Origin: Verrucomicrobia bacterium UBA1731 | GTDB lineage: Bacteria > Verrucomicrobiota > Kiritimatiellia > RFP12 > UBA1067 | Direction: 5' to 3' | DNA length: 37,993 nt | NCBI GenBank assembly: GCA_002317575.1 | Contig: DCIH01000004.1 | Span: 21,171-59,163 of the forward strand | Shown here: in pieces, positions 1 to 8,135 of the stretch | Layout of the letters: each line of letters starts with the position of its first letter | Numbering within the stretch: position 1 is the first letter of the stretch | Translations under genes and position numbers: made by a program | Notes under the pieces: generated by a model | Seen by the model: only the letters and a program-made list of their open reading frames with translations | Database searches by the model: none | What the model was told of the DNA's origin: nothing

Positions 1-152
1 TTTCCCGCGTTCACGGCGTTCCTGTAGTATGCGGCGGCGCACGCTTCAAGAGCATCCAGCGTTTCCTGTGGGCATCTTGCAGACGGTTTTTCGGCCATTG
101 CATCGCGCTGGACGCTTGCGGCTTTCGCCGTGTTCTTCTTCTTGTCATTCAT
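1..152 (-). CDS. hypothetical protein, 5' part only (gene runs off the left edge)
   Basis: Minus-strand ATG at 150-152 preceded by CAAAAAGGAGAACGCAAA. The frame stays open to position 1 (MNDKKKNTAKAASVQRDAMAEKPSARCPQETLDALEACAAAYYRNAVNAG...). Absent from the ORF track because it is truncated. Confidence 0.5.
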   Translation of the reverse strand, partial: MNDKKKNTAKAASVQRDAMAEKPSARCPQETLDALEACAAAYYRNAVNAG

Positions 153-232
153 TTTGCGTTCTCCTTTTTGCGTCTTCGTTGTCGTTTTAGCCGCGCCGTC
201 GGGTGGTCTTTCCGGCGGCGCGGCGTGTCGTG

Positions 233-478
233 TCAGCCGAACTGTTTGGCCACCGACGCGATAATCTTGTCGTTTGCGATGGTCACGGAGTTCCAGCGCC
301 GCACGATCTCGAGAATCGTCTCGGCGGCGTGGTAGAACTTGCCTTCGTCGGCGAACGCCTTGGCGATGACTCCGGCTGAACGAGCAAGCTCGCCGTCGTC
401 CATCTCGCGCACCTTGCGCACAGCCGATTCCGCTTCGGGATTCGATTCGCGCTCCCAGTCCTGTTCGAACGTTTCCAT
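233..478 (-). CDS. small acidic hypothetical protein (81 aa)
   Basis: Track ORF 233..484 starts on GTG only 3 nt after the SD. The ATG at 478 (METFEQDW...) has AAAAAAGGAGAAAGTGAAA upstream. Composition is protein-like, not Arg-rich. Confidence 0.6.
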   Translation of the reverse strand: METFEQDWERESNPEAESAVRKVREMDDGELARSAGVIAKAFADEGKFYHAAETILEIVRRWNSVTIANDKIIASVAKQFG

Positions 479-505
479 TTTCACTTTCTCCTTTTTTGCG
501 TTTCC

Positions 506-1879
506 TTATTCGTCTTCCCCGGCTTCGTCGACGTCACCGTCTTCGTCGCCTTCACATTCGTCTTCGCCGTCGTCTTCGTCTGCGGTGTTTTCGGCGATGA
601 AGAGGTCTGTTTCTTCCTTGCCGATTCCGGCGATGTCAGCCACCGCCGGGAACCTGCGCAGGACGTCGGCGACCTCTTCCGCGTTTTTGTACCCGCCCAT
701 CCACTCGAGGACGATGCCGATCAGCGTCTCGCGCCCGTCGTCTAAATCCTCGAGGTTGTCGACGAAATCGCCGACGCTCTTTTCGATTTCGGAGCGCTTG
801 TCGTCGTCGACGACGGCCTCGCGGACGGCGTTGCACACCTTGCGGTTGCGATCACACTTTGCGCTTTCCTCGGCCCTCTGCTCGGCCATCTCGGCGCGCT
901 TCTTTTCCTTGGCCTCTTCGATGGCCTTTCTGCTGGGGCCGAACTTGATGTCGATTGTACGCCCGTGGACGAGGACGTACGCGCATGGCTTGCGCGTGCT
1001 CTGTTTCGTGCCGTTCGCCTCGTTTGGCACGTCCCAGTATCCGTTGACGCGGACGACCTCGGTTCCGGGCTTTGCGACCTTGTCGATTTGCGCCTGCACG
1101 TACGCGTCGTTTGTCGCCTTGTAGCATTTCCTGTCCATGCACCGACCGAGCGATCCGTCGACCTCTCCGAAGAGGTCGGCCTGCGCTCCCGTTCGCTTCG
1201 CGCAGGCGTTGCACTTGGCGCACGCGTCTGCGGAGCACGAGAAAGGCGAGTCGTCCAAGTCCATCGTCTCGGCGTCGAAAAGACATCCGACGGACGCCCA
1301 CTTCGCGTGGTTGCCGAGGTATCCACGGTTCGCCTTGGCGAACGCGCGCTCTTGGATTTCGGGCGTGTACGTGGCGGCGTGTACGAGCGCGTCCTGCGAG
1401 ACGCCCTTCGGGTTCGACTTCGCGTACTCCCGCCAAGACGAGGAAAGGTCGGAGAGCTTGAGTCTGCTTTTCACCCAGCGTTCCGTGTGCCCCGTCTTCG
1501 CGGACAAGTCCTTGACGTCTAAGCCGGACGCCAACGCGTCGACCATCGCCTCGGACTCTTCGATCATGCCGATGTTTTCGCGCAGAAGGTTCTCGGCGAT
1601 GGTGAGCAGTTTCGCATCCTTGATGCCTCCGTAGATCTCACACCAGTCGGAATTCGCGACCTCCTTAAGGCCGAGCGACTTGAGCGCGGCGAGGCGTCTG
1701 TTTCCGGCGATGCAGTACGTGATCCCCGCTTCTTCGTCGCGCCACAGGGTGATCGGGTTGATGAGGCCCGTTTCCTTGATGCTCGCGGCGAGGTCTGCCA
1801 CGCTTTCCGGCGTGATTTCGCCTCGCGCGTTCCAAGGCGCTAGGACGATTTCGCCGATCTTGATGTTGCCTTCTTCCAT
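506..1879 (-). CDS. ParB N-terminal-domain (ParB/Srx-like) protein with Cys cluster and poly-acidic tail
   Basis: IAGNRRLAALKSLG matches the ParB GxRR box within a ParB-like N-terminal pattern (PITLWRD..YCIAGNRR..TIAENLLRE). Also has a CSADACAKCNACAKRTG cysteine cluster and a C-terminus ...DEDDGEDECEGDEDGDVDEAGEDE. ATG with AAAAAGGAGAACGCAAA SD. Confidence 0.7.
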   Translation of the reverse strand: MEEGNIKIGEIVLAPWNARGEITPESVADLAASIKETGLINPITLWRDEEAGITYCIAGNRRLAALKSLGLKEVANSDWCEIYGGIKDAKLLTIAENLLRENIGMIEESEAMVDALASGLDVKDLSAKTGHTERWVKSRLKLSDLSSSWREYAKSNPKGVSQDALVHAATYTPEIQERAFAKANRGYLGNHAKWASVGCLFDAETMDLDDSPFSCSADACAKCNACAKRTGAQADLFGEVDGSLGRCMDRKCYKATNDAYVQAQIDKVAKPGTEVVRVNGYWDVPNEANGTKQSTRKPCAYVLVHGRTIDIKFGPSRKAIEEAKEKKRAEMAEQRAEESAKCDRNRKVCNAVREAVVDDDKRSEIEKSVGDFVDNLEDLDDGRETLIGIVLEWMGGYKNAEEVADVLRRFPAVADIAGIGKEETDLFIAENTADEDDGEDECEGDEDGDVDEAGEDE

Positions 1880-1922
1880 TTTGCGTTCTCCTTTTTTTCC
1901 TTTTTGGTTTTGTTTTGTGTCG

Positions 1923-2195
1923 TCACTTGTTCTTCAAATCCGTGCGTCCGCGATTGTCCGTCCAGCGGTCGAGCGCCGCCTTGATGCTGTCCGTGAGCCG
2001 ACGCGCGTCGCAGACGGCGAGGCCGTAGTTTGCGTTTCCCGCGTCGTATTCGACCGCCTGCGAATCGACGTACCACTTGCAGACCATCGACACGAAGTCC
2101 GCGCTCAGTTCCTTGAGCGCCTTGCGCTCCGCCTCGAATCGCCTGCGCCACTTTTCGGCCGCGCACGCAGCATTCCTTTTGTCGCATACTGCCAT
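1923..2195 (-). CDS. hypothetical protein (90 aa)
   Basis: ATG 2195 preceded by GGGAGGG SD. Balanced composition. Sits tightly between neighbours. Confidence 0.55.
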   Translation of the reverse strand: MAVCDKRNAACAAEKWRRRFEAERKALKELSADFVSMVCKWYVDSQAVEYDAGNANYGLAVCDARRLTDSIKAALDRWTDNRGRTDLKNK

Positions 2196-2198
2196 CGC

Positions 2199-2375
2199 TC
2201 ACGCCCTCCCGTAAGAGAGCCCGCGTTGCGCTGACGCGCGCTTGACGGCCATTTTCGCCTCCATGCGCGCGGCGCTTCTCGCCTTGCGCTTGGAGTCCCT
2301 CGCCCGTCTGCGGAGGCGCGCCGCGCGCTCCGCTTCCGTCTTTCCGTTGTTTTCCGTTTCCATTTCCGTTTCCAT
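2199..2375 (-). CDS. possible small highly basic protein (METEMETENNGK..., 58 aa)
   Basis: Open frame between the stop of 2386..2610 and the start of 1923..2195. No convincing SD, low-complexity Arg/Ala/Lys composition, and its 5' end is a 12-bp tandem repeat. May be non-coding. Confidence 0.25.
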   Translation of the reverse strand: METEMETENNGKTEAERAARLRRRARDSKRKARSAARMEAKMAVKRASAQRGLSYGRA

Positions 2376-2385
2376 TTCCGTTTGT

Positions 2386-2610
2386 TCACTCGCCGCAACC
2401 CTGCGCGCGTGCCCCCGCGCGCGGAGCCGAAAAAACACGCCCGCCGTTTTCCGCTTCGCCGTCCCGTTCGCGCTCTTCGCGCTCCCAGTAGCCGAACACG
2501 TCTTCGCGCTTCCAGTCCGCGCAGATCTCCCACGCGAGGAATGCGACCAAAACGAGCGCCCCCAAAACGACCGCGCAGACCGCGCATATGACGAACCATT
2601 CGACCGTCAT
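2386..2610 (-). CDS. small single-pass membrane protein (74 aa)
   Basis: Internal ATG at 2610 of track ORF 2386..3378. N-terminal hydrophobic helix MTVEWFVICAVCAVVLGALVLVAFLAW followed by an acidic tail. Starts 5 nt after the stop of the upstream gene (2616). Confidence 0.5.
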   Translation of the reverse strand: MTVEWFVICAVCAVVLGALVLVAFLAWEICADWKREDVFGYWEREERERDGEAENGGRVFSAPRAGARAQGCGE

Positions 2611-2615
2611 GGCGA

Positions 2616-3038
2616 TCACCTCCGCTTTCCCGTTTCCTCGTCGTCGCTGGCCATTGCCGCGCGGATCGCCTTCGCGTCTCGGCGCAGGCGCGCCACGTCG
2701 GCGCGGATTTTTGCGACCCGGTATGGTTCGTGCTGGAGCCAGCCGATCTTTCGGAGGATGTCCCAGCAATGCTCGATGCGCTCGAGGCCGTACGTCTTGC
2801 ACAGCCAGTAGAGCTGGGCCGTGACGGTCACGGAAAGTTCCGCCTGCAGGAGCACCAGCGCCTGCGTCGAAAGTTCTCCGCGCGTCGCGTACATCTCGGT
2901 GCAGTCCCTGTCGAGGTTGTGCATCCGCCCGTATTCCTCGTCCATCTCTCGCGGAATCTTCGCCCAAACGGCGCGCGCCCTGCGCGTGCGTTCGGTCTCG
3001 AAGAAGACCGCGCCGATCTCGTTTCCGACTTCCGTCAC
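2616..3038 (-). CDS. hypothetical protein (140 aa, GTG start)
   Basis: The protein-like part of track ORF 2616..3272 begins at VTEVGNEIGAVFFETERT. GTG at 3038 overlaps the TGA of 3035..3811 (GTGA) and follows an AAAGGGGGGA SD. Upstream residues of the track ORF are Arg-rich shadow. Confidence 0.5.
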   Translation of the reverse strand: MTEVGNEIGAVFFETERTRRARAVWAKIPREMDEEYGRMHNLDRDCTEMYATRGELSTQALVLLQAELSVTVTAQLYWLCKTYGLERIEHCWDILRKIGWLQHEPYRVAKIRADVARLRRDAKAIRAAMASDDEETGKRR

Positions 3039-3811
3039 TTCGCGTCCCCCCTTTCGGCGACGAGGCGGTTGGCGAGCGCCTCCACCTTGTCGAATTTCGC
3101 CTTTTCGCGCCGCTCCGCCGTTGCGTCGCCGTTCGCTCCGCCGTTGCGGTCTTTGTCCCTTCTGTAGTTGTAGATGGAGCCGAGAATCCGTCCGGCGTTC
3201 CGCGCCGTGATTTTTTCGGTCGTGGACGTCTGCGTGCCCCTGCGCTCGTAGGTGAAGCCCACGCGCTTCCATCCATCGTAGATTTCCTCGGCGAAATCCA
3301 CGGGAATTCCTTTCGCGCGCGCAGTCCTGCGCAGTTGTTCGATGGTGAAGTTCGGATTTCCGTCTTCGACCGCGACAACGCGCTCTTCGTCGCGTGCGCT
3401 GGAAGATTCCTCTTCCGTTTTATTCTCTTTGTCTTTGTCTTTGTCTTCGCTTAATAAAGGGACACTTGTTTCGCACCTTGTTTCGCTACCTTGTTTTGGT
3501 TGTTTTTTGCAGGCGTTCTTGTTTCCGAGAGGCGCTCCGCCCATCCGTCCGGCGGCGATTCGGTTGAGCTTCTTGTCGACCACGGGCCGCACGGCGTTGT
3601 AGGCGTCCCACGCGGCCCACTCCGGGCCGTGGGAGGCGCCCTTGACGGGCTTCGGAGGGACGATGCCTCCGAACGCGTAGCGGAAGATCGCGTCGTAAAA
3701 CGCGAGCCGCTTCTCGTCCGTGTCCCGTCCCTCTGCGAGTTCGTGCCAGTTCTCGAAGAACGTGATGTACTTCATCGGCTTGTCTGCGCCAATGCTCTTG
3801 CGTGCATCCAT
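3035..3811 (-). CDS. DUF6291-like phage replication-organiser-type protein (258 aa)
   Basis: The N-terminus KYITFFENWHEL...RLAFYDAIFRYAFGG resembles the DUF6291/Lin1244-type N-terminal module of phage replication organisers. A KDKDKDKENK low-complexity linker and a C-terminal globular part follow. Adjacent to the recombination genes. Confidence 0.45.
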   Translation of the reverse strand: MDARKSIGADKPMKYITFFENWHELAEGRDTDEKRLAFYDAIFRYAFGGIVPPKPVKGASHGPEWAAWDAYNAVRPVVDKKLNRIAAGRMGGAPLGNKNACKKQPKQGSETRCETSVPLLSEDKDKDKENKTEEESSSARDEERVVAVEDGNPNFTIEQLRRTARAKGIPVDFAEEIYDGWKRVGFTYERRGTQTSTTEKITARNAGRILGSIYNYRRDKDRNGGANGDATAERREKAKFDKVEALANRLVAERGDAK

Positions 3812-3925
3812 GTCTTCTTTCCTTCTGTTTTGAAATCGTTTGTTTTGGGTTTCGCGGCTCTGCCTCCGCCCGTCTCGCCGTTTCCGTTCCGCGCCCGGTG
3901 ACGCGCGTTCGTGTGCCGACTTGCG

Positions 3926-4921
3926 TCAGTACGGGAGGTCGAGGTCGTCCTGCTCCATGTCCGGCTCCGCTAGACCGCCGACGGGCGGCTGGTCTTCCGG
4001 CTTGTCTATTTCGCCGCATTGCGCGGCCTTGGACGCGTCCGCGTCTTCGGGCTGGACGGTTTCAGCTTCGGACGCCTTCTGCGCGGCACGGGCCTTGCGT
4101 GCGGGCTTCCTTGGCGCGTCGGGCGTGTCGCCGCCCTTCGGGAACGCGTCTTCGACCGTGCCGACGCCGTCGCGGATCGCGTTGTAGACGTTGCCGAGGT
4201 CGGCGAGCTGTTGCGGGAGGATCGCTTCGATGTGCCGCTGGTACTTGACCTCGATCATCGACTTGGTGACGCCGAATTCGGCGAATGCGTCGAGCATTTT
4301 CTTGATGCGCTCCGGGGTCACTTTGTTGTGGTCGGCGTTCGTCTTGTTGCAGGCGTCCACGGCCATTTCCACGACGTCGCTGGGGATGATGCCGAGGATG
4401 CAGGCGCGCAGTCGGCGGCTGGCTTGGTTCGCGGCGTGCTCGTAGACGTCGCGCCCGGTCGTCACCTCCTTTCCGTTGTCGCGGACGTGCTGGACGGGGA
4501 AGATGCGCTCCTGCCGGACGTTCCGCTCCATGTCCCAGCAGTATGTCTGCACGTTCGTGTATGGCTTTCCGTCGTCGCCGACCTCCATCGTGGCGCGCGT
4601 GCCGAGGGTGAGGTTTCCCCAGCACTGGGCGAGCGTCTCGGCGAGGCGGATGCTCGGCCCGGTCACGACCTGTCCGCCGCGCGCGTAGGTGTACATCGCG
4701 GCCTTGGCGAGCGACGGGCGGGCGCACTCGTTTTTGATTTCGTCCATCGCCGCGAGCTTGTTTCGCGGCAGTGCGCGCGCCATCTTGATCGCGCTGATGG
4801 TCTCCGCCATTTCGCGCGTCATCTGCATGGCGCTGGTTCCGTTCTTCGGAGCGGCCATCATGGCGTCTCCGCCGTTGGCCGCAGGCGCGTCGTTGCGCCG
4901 TTGCATGATCGAACTTGTCAT
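3926..4921 (-). CDS. single-strand annealing protein (RecT/Redbeta-superfamily-like), called mainly by synteny
   Basis: Immediately downstream of the YqaJ-type exonuclease in the same operon (the classic exo + annealase pair). Conserved-looking core GPSIRLAETLAQCWGN and an acidic C-terminal tail. The exact family cannot be resolved by eye. Confidence 0.55.
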   Translation of the reverse strand: MTSSIMQRRNDAPAANGGDAMMAAPKNGTSAMQMTREMAETISAIKMARALPRNKLAAMDEIKNECARPSLAKAAMYTYARGGQVVTGPSIRLAETLAQCWGNLTLGTRATMEVGDDGKPYTNVQTYCWDMERNVRQERIFPVQHVRDNGKEVTTGRDVYEHAANQASRRLRACILGIIPSDVVEMAVDACNKTNADHNKVTPERIKKMLDAFAEFGVTKSMIEVKYQRHIEAILPQQLADLGNVYNAIRDGVGTVEDAFPKGGDTPDAPRKPARKARAAQKASEAETVQPEDADASKAAQCGEIDKPEDQPPVGGLAEPDMEQDDLDLPY

Positions 4922-4967
4922 GTTGCGTTCTCCTTGTTTTTTGTGTTTGTGTGAAGCGGGATTCCGT

Positions 4968-6017
4968 TCACGCCGCGGTCACGGCGCTCACGCGGAGGGT
5001 GCGGGTTTCGCTCTTTTTGTAGAGCGATTCGGGCACTTTCCCCTTTCCCCCGAAGTGTGTCTCGACGGCCTTGGAGTCGAGGCGGTTGGTCACGCTCGTC
5101 TTGAAGGTCGCCTTCCAGCCGTCTGCGGTTCCGAGTTCTGCGGAACCGAGCGCGACCTTGATGCGGTTTTCGATCTCTGCGACGCGCTCCTTTGCGGCGT
5201 CCTCTGCCTCCTTTGCGGCGGCGAGCGCCGCGAATTCGTCGGCGGCGAGACGGACTGGTTCCGCGTCGGGGTTCGACGCGCCGACCGTCGCCTTGACGGC
5301 TTCGGTGTCCGCCTTCGACCCGGTCGGGTCGGGGAGGACGCCCGTCGCTTCGGCGACCGCGAGCTTGTCGAAGAATTCCTTTGCCGCTGGCTCCATCTCG
5401 GCGATTTCGGCGGTCGGGACGTGGATGACGTCGTCCACCCATTCCGGCTTGTTCTCCGCGTCGCCTTCGACCGTGGTGACGAGGTATACCGAAAGTCCGA
5501 CCATCGGGACGTAGATAGCGAGGTACCAGCGCCTGCTTTCCGTCACCGCGATGTAGAGGCAACATTGCACGAGGTAGGTCGTCGGGAAAGGCAGGGGGTG
5601 CTTGCCGAGGAGGTGGTCGCGCCCGTTGCGGATCGCGGCCAGCTCTTTCATCGTCTTGCACTCGAGTCCGGCGTCTTCGTTTGCGATCTTGCGGTCGATG
5701 CTGGCCATGAGGTGCGGGTAGTCGTCGTTTGTGATCACGCAGTTCTCGCGGTGGACTTTTTTTCCCGACCGTTCCTCGAACCGCTTTGCGACGTATTCCT
5801 CGTTGTCCCGCCCGAACCGCATCGCCTCGTTGTCGGCCTTGTCCGGCAAGAGGCCCATCCGCCGGAGGCAGAGCGTGCGCGGCGTCTCGTATTTCGAGAA
5901 GCCCATCACCGCACCCAGTTCGCTCCCGCCGAGGCGGGTTTTTCCAAGTTCCGTCCGGGTGGCGAGCCACGCTTCGCGGCTCCCCACGTCGAAACGGTGC
6001 TTTTTCATCGTGCCCAT
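4968..6017 (-). CDS. YqaJ/lambda-Exo-like PD-(D/E)xK recombination exonuclease
   Basis: RLGGSELGAVMGFSKYETP N-terminal motif; FGRDNEEYVAKRFE; ASIDRKI...AGLECKT (D...ExK). ATG 6017 behind AAAAAAGGAGAACGCGAA. Confidence 0.8.
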   Translation of the reverse strand: MGTMKKHRFDVGSREAWLATRTELGKTRLGGSELGAVMGFSKYETPRTLCLRRMGLLPDKADNEAMRFGRDNEEYVAKRFEERSGKKVHRENCVITNDDYPHLMASIDRKIANEDAGLECKTMKELAAIRNGRDHLLGKHPLPFPTTYLVQCCLYIAVTESRRWYLAIYVPMVGLSVYLVTTVEGDAENKPEWVDDVIHVPTAEIAEMEPAAKEFFDKLAVAEATGVLPDPTGSKADTEAVKATVGASNPDAEPVRLAADEFAALAAAKEAEDAAKERVAEIENRIKVALGSAELGTADGWKATFKTSVTNRLDSKAVETHFGGKGKVPESLYKKSETRTLRVSAVTAA

Positions 6018-6050
6018 TTCGCGTTCTCCTTTTTTGTTTTTCCGTGTTAC

Positions 6051-6079
6051 AATATCCTAAAATCAGCGCATGAAGTCAA
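6051..6079 (-). promoter_or_regulatory. sigma70-like promoter candidate for the exo-annealase operon
   Basis: On the minus strand: TTGACT (6079..6074), 17-nt spacer, GATATT (6056..6051). Lies in the 68-bp gap between 6086 and 6017. Confidence 0.35.
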
Positions 6080-6085
6080 GAGGAA

Positions 6086-6481
6086 CTATTCGTTTTTCCA
6101 CTCGGGCGGAACTTCTCTCCGCGCGAGGCGCGCGTTGAGCGCGTCGTTTCGCTCTATCGACTTTTTGAAAAACGCGCCTCCGCGCCTCTTGGCCGCGTTC
6201 CGGCTGTAGACCGCCGCCGCCACCTGCAGATCCGTCTTCGCGGCTTCCTCGGCGTGTAGCGGGTCTGTTTCGACGTACTCTCGCGCTCCGCTCATGCAGG
6301 CGCGTGCGATGGACGTCATCTCGGCGGCGATCAAATGGCAGACGTCCTTGGCGTGGTAGAAGAGTTGCTCGTCCCGCGAGTCTATTGCCTGCCCCCGAAT
6401 CGTGAGCCACGCTCCGCGCAATGCATTCAAACGCACGAGCTTCTCGGACCTGCTTTCCTTCTGCTCCGAGTATCCGCTCAC
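6086..6481 (-). CDS. hypothetical protein (131 aa, GTG start)
   Basis: Only the last 131 codons of track ORF 6086..7432 are protein-like (VSGYSEQKESRSEKLVRLNALRGAWLTIRGQ...). GTG at 6481 overlaps the TGA of 6478..6855 (GTGA). GAGGAAGG lies upstream. Confidence 0.5.
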   Translation of the reverse strand: MSGYSEQKESRSEKLVRLNALRGAWLTIRGQAIDSRDEQLFYHAKDVCHLIAAEMTSIARACMSGAREYVETDPLHAEEAAKTDLQVAAAVYSRNAAKRRGGAFFKKSIERNDALNARLARREVPPEWKNE

Positions 6482-6855
6482 AGCGCCGCCGCCTTCCTCG
6501 AAACAGTCACGTCGAAGTTCGGGAGCATCTGCTGGACGAGGTTGCGCACGTGGTCTTCCTTCGGGAGAGGGTGCGCCTGCGCCCGGAAGAAGCGCCGCGT
6601 CGCCGAGTCTCCGATGCGCAGTTTGCGGAGATGGTGCTCGACGATTGGAAGGAGTACGCGTTCGACCACGTCTGCTTCGCTCTTGCCGCACCCCTTGAGG
6701 AGGTCGCCGTATTCCTCTCGCAGGCCGATGAGCGCCGTGTGCCAGCGTCCGCGCGTGGCGCACGTCATCCTCATGTTGAAACGCGCAGGGCGCGTCACAG
6801 ACCCGTTGTTTGTAGGGGCTTCCTCGTTTGTGTAGACGTGTTTGCACTTTCCCAT
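6478..6855 (-). CDS. hypothetical protein (125 aa)
   Basis: ATG 6855 behind ACAAGGGAGAACGCAA. Balanced composition. Confidence 0.6.
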   Translation of the reverse strand: MGKCKHVYTNEEAPTNNGSVTRPARFNMRMTCATRGRWHTALIGLREEYGDLLKGCGKSEADVVERVLLPIVEHHLRKLRIGDSATRRFFRAQAHPLPKEDHVRNLVQQMLPNFDVTVSRKAAAL

Positions 6856-6891
6856 TTGCGTTCTCCCTTGTTTCGTCGGTTGTCGTTTCCG

Positions 6892-7617
6892 TCAAAGGTC
6901 GCCGAATCTGTGAGCGCCGATTGTGCGCACCCGGCGGAGCTTCTTCGCCCAGCGCGGGTAGCACTTCGCGTGCGCGTAGTAATGGTTCGCCTTCAGGGTC
7001 GGGCGGAATTCTTCGCGCGCCACCCGCTCGGCGACGGACACGCAATGACGCCATTTCGCCCCTGCGTGCTTCTCTCCGATCCTTGGCCGCGCGTTGTTCC
7101 AGCACGAAAACTGCCGCTTGCGCAGGCATTCGGTAGCCGCGTCCGTGCCGCGTTCGCGCGCCCGGTTGACGATCACCGACGCCACAGCTTCGATCCCGGC
7201 CAAGCTCTCGCCTCGCGCTTCGCGCCACAGCGTTTGGCTCACCACCGCGACCGTCCAAGGATCGGCGCTGGTTGCGCACTTCGTCGGCCCCTTGCATTCG
7301 TCCGGCTTCGGAGCATCCGTCTCCGCTTCCGTCTTCGACGGGCCGATCCCTTGGAGAATCCGGCGCGTTTCCGCTTCCTCGGCTTCGTATTCCGCCTTCG
7401 CCTCGGCGTTCCTGTCTTCCGCAGTCGGCCAAGATTTCGTCGGCTTGTCTTCTGCTTCTCTCCGCATCGCGTCGATCTCGCGTTCAGCCGCGTCGGCCCG
7501 AAGCTTCATCTCGAGGTTGACGAGGACGAGCGCCGCGATGGCCGCGAAAACACCTGCGACGGCGGCGTTGACCGTCCAGTCTGTCATGCGTTCGCGCTTC
7601 TTTTCCTTTGCCGTCAT
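6892..7617 (-). CDS. SleB/Hydrolase_2-type cell-wall hydrolase with N-terminal Ala/Gly-rich membrane anchor (candidate SAR endolysin)
   Basis: LWREARGESLAGIEAVASVIVNRA...RQFSCWN is the SleB-family signature. The N-terminus has VNAAVAGVFAAIAALVLV followed by a charged linker. ATG 7617 follows AAAAGGAGAACCGAC; the track start at 7644 would include that SD. Confidence 0.7.
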   Translation of the reverse strand: MTAKEKKRERMTDWTVNAAVAGVFAAIAALVLVNLEMKLRADAAEREIDAMRREAEDKPTKSWPTAEDRNAEAKAEYEAEEAETRRILQGIGPSKTEAETDAPKPDECKGPTKCATSADPWTVAVVSQTLWREARGESLAGIEAVASVIVNRARERGTDAATECLRKRQFSCWNNARPRIGEKHAGAKWRHCVSVAERVAREEFRPTLKANHYYAHAKCYPRWAKKLRRVRTIGAHRFGDL

Positions 7618-7640
7618 GTCGGTTCTCCTTTTTGCGTTGT

Positions 7641-7808
7641 TCACTTCGTTTCGCCGTTGGCGCGCTCGCCGTCTTCGATGAGCTTTGCGATCTGCCCCCG
7701 GATGGATCGGTGCTCGCGCTTCGCGTTTTCCGCGATGCGCTTGTGTTGCGCCTTGTCCAGCGTCACGTGGACGAGGACGGTATTCGCTTCTTTCGTGTTT
7801 CCCTTCAT
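7641..7808 (-). CDS. ribbon-helix-helix (CopG/Arc-like) protein, 55 aa, not in ORF track
   Basis: Hand translation: MKGNTKEANTVLVHVTLDKAQHKRIAENAKREHRSIRGQIAKLIEDGERANGETK. It shows a beta-strand/helix/helix pattern. The ATG overlaps the TGA of 7805..8095 (ATGA). SD is ACAAGGAGAACAAACG. Confidence 0.6.
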   Translation of the reverse strand: MKGNTKEANTVLVHVTLDKAQHKRIAENAKREHRSIRGQIAKLIEDGERANGETK

Positions 7809-8095
7809 CGTTTGTTCTCCTTGTTCGTTTCGTTTTCGAGCGCCTCGATGGACGCTTCCGTCACGCCTATGTTCCGGCTTCCCGATCCGCGCACCCCGAC
7901 GAGCCGTCCTGCGCGCACCAAATTCACGACCGTGTTGCGGTGGCGACCGAGCCGACGTGCCGCGTCGCCGATGGAAACCACCGACGAGCGCCTTCCGCCG
8001 ACCAGCGCGCGCTCGATGCGCTCGAGTTCCGCGTCCGTCGCCGTCGGGTCTGCGTGCGCAATCCGCACGATCATCTCTTTCGTCATTTCCTGCAT
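7805..8095 (-). CDS. helix-turn-helix DNA-binding protein (Xis/MerR-type HTH)
   Basis: VSIGDAARRLGRHRNTVVNLVRAGRL is a typical excisionase-type HTH. ATG 8095 behind GGAGAAGAGAAA. Confidence 0.6.
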   Translation of the reverse strand: MQEMTKEMIVRIAHADPTATDAELERIERALVGGRRSSVVSIGDAARRLGRHRNTVVNLVRAGRLVGVRGSGSRNIGVTEASIEALENETNKENKR

Positions 8096-8113
8096 TTTCT
8101 CTTCTCCGATCCT

Positions 8114-8131
8114 CGCGCGGGTACCCGCGCG
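8114..8131. repeat. perfect 18-bp GC palindrome CGCGCGGGTACCCGCGCG (operator or RNA hairpin candidate)
   Basis: Self-complementary by inspection. Lies between the stop of 8136..8333 and the SD of the HTH gene. An A8 run follows at 8138-8145 (plus sense). Confidence 0.6.
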
Positions 8132-8135
8132 CTCG

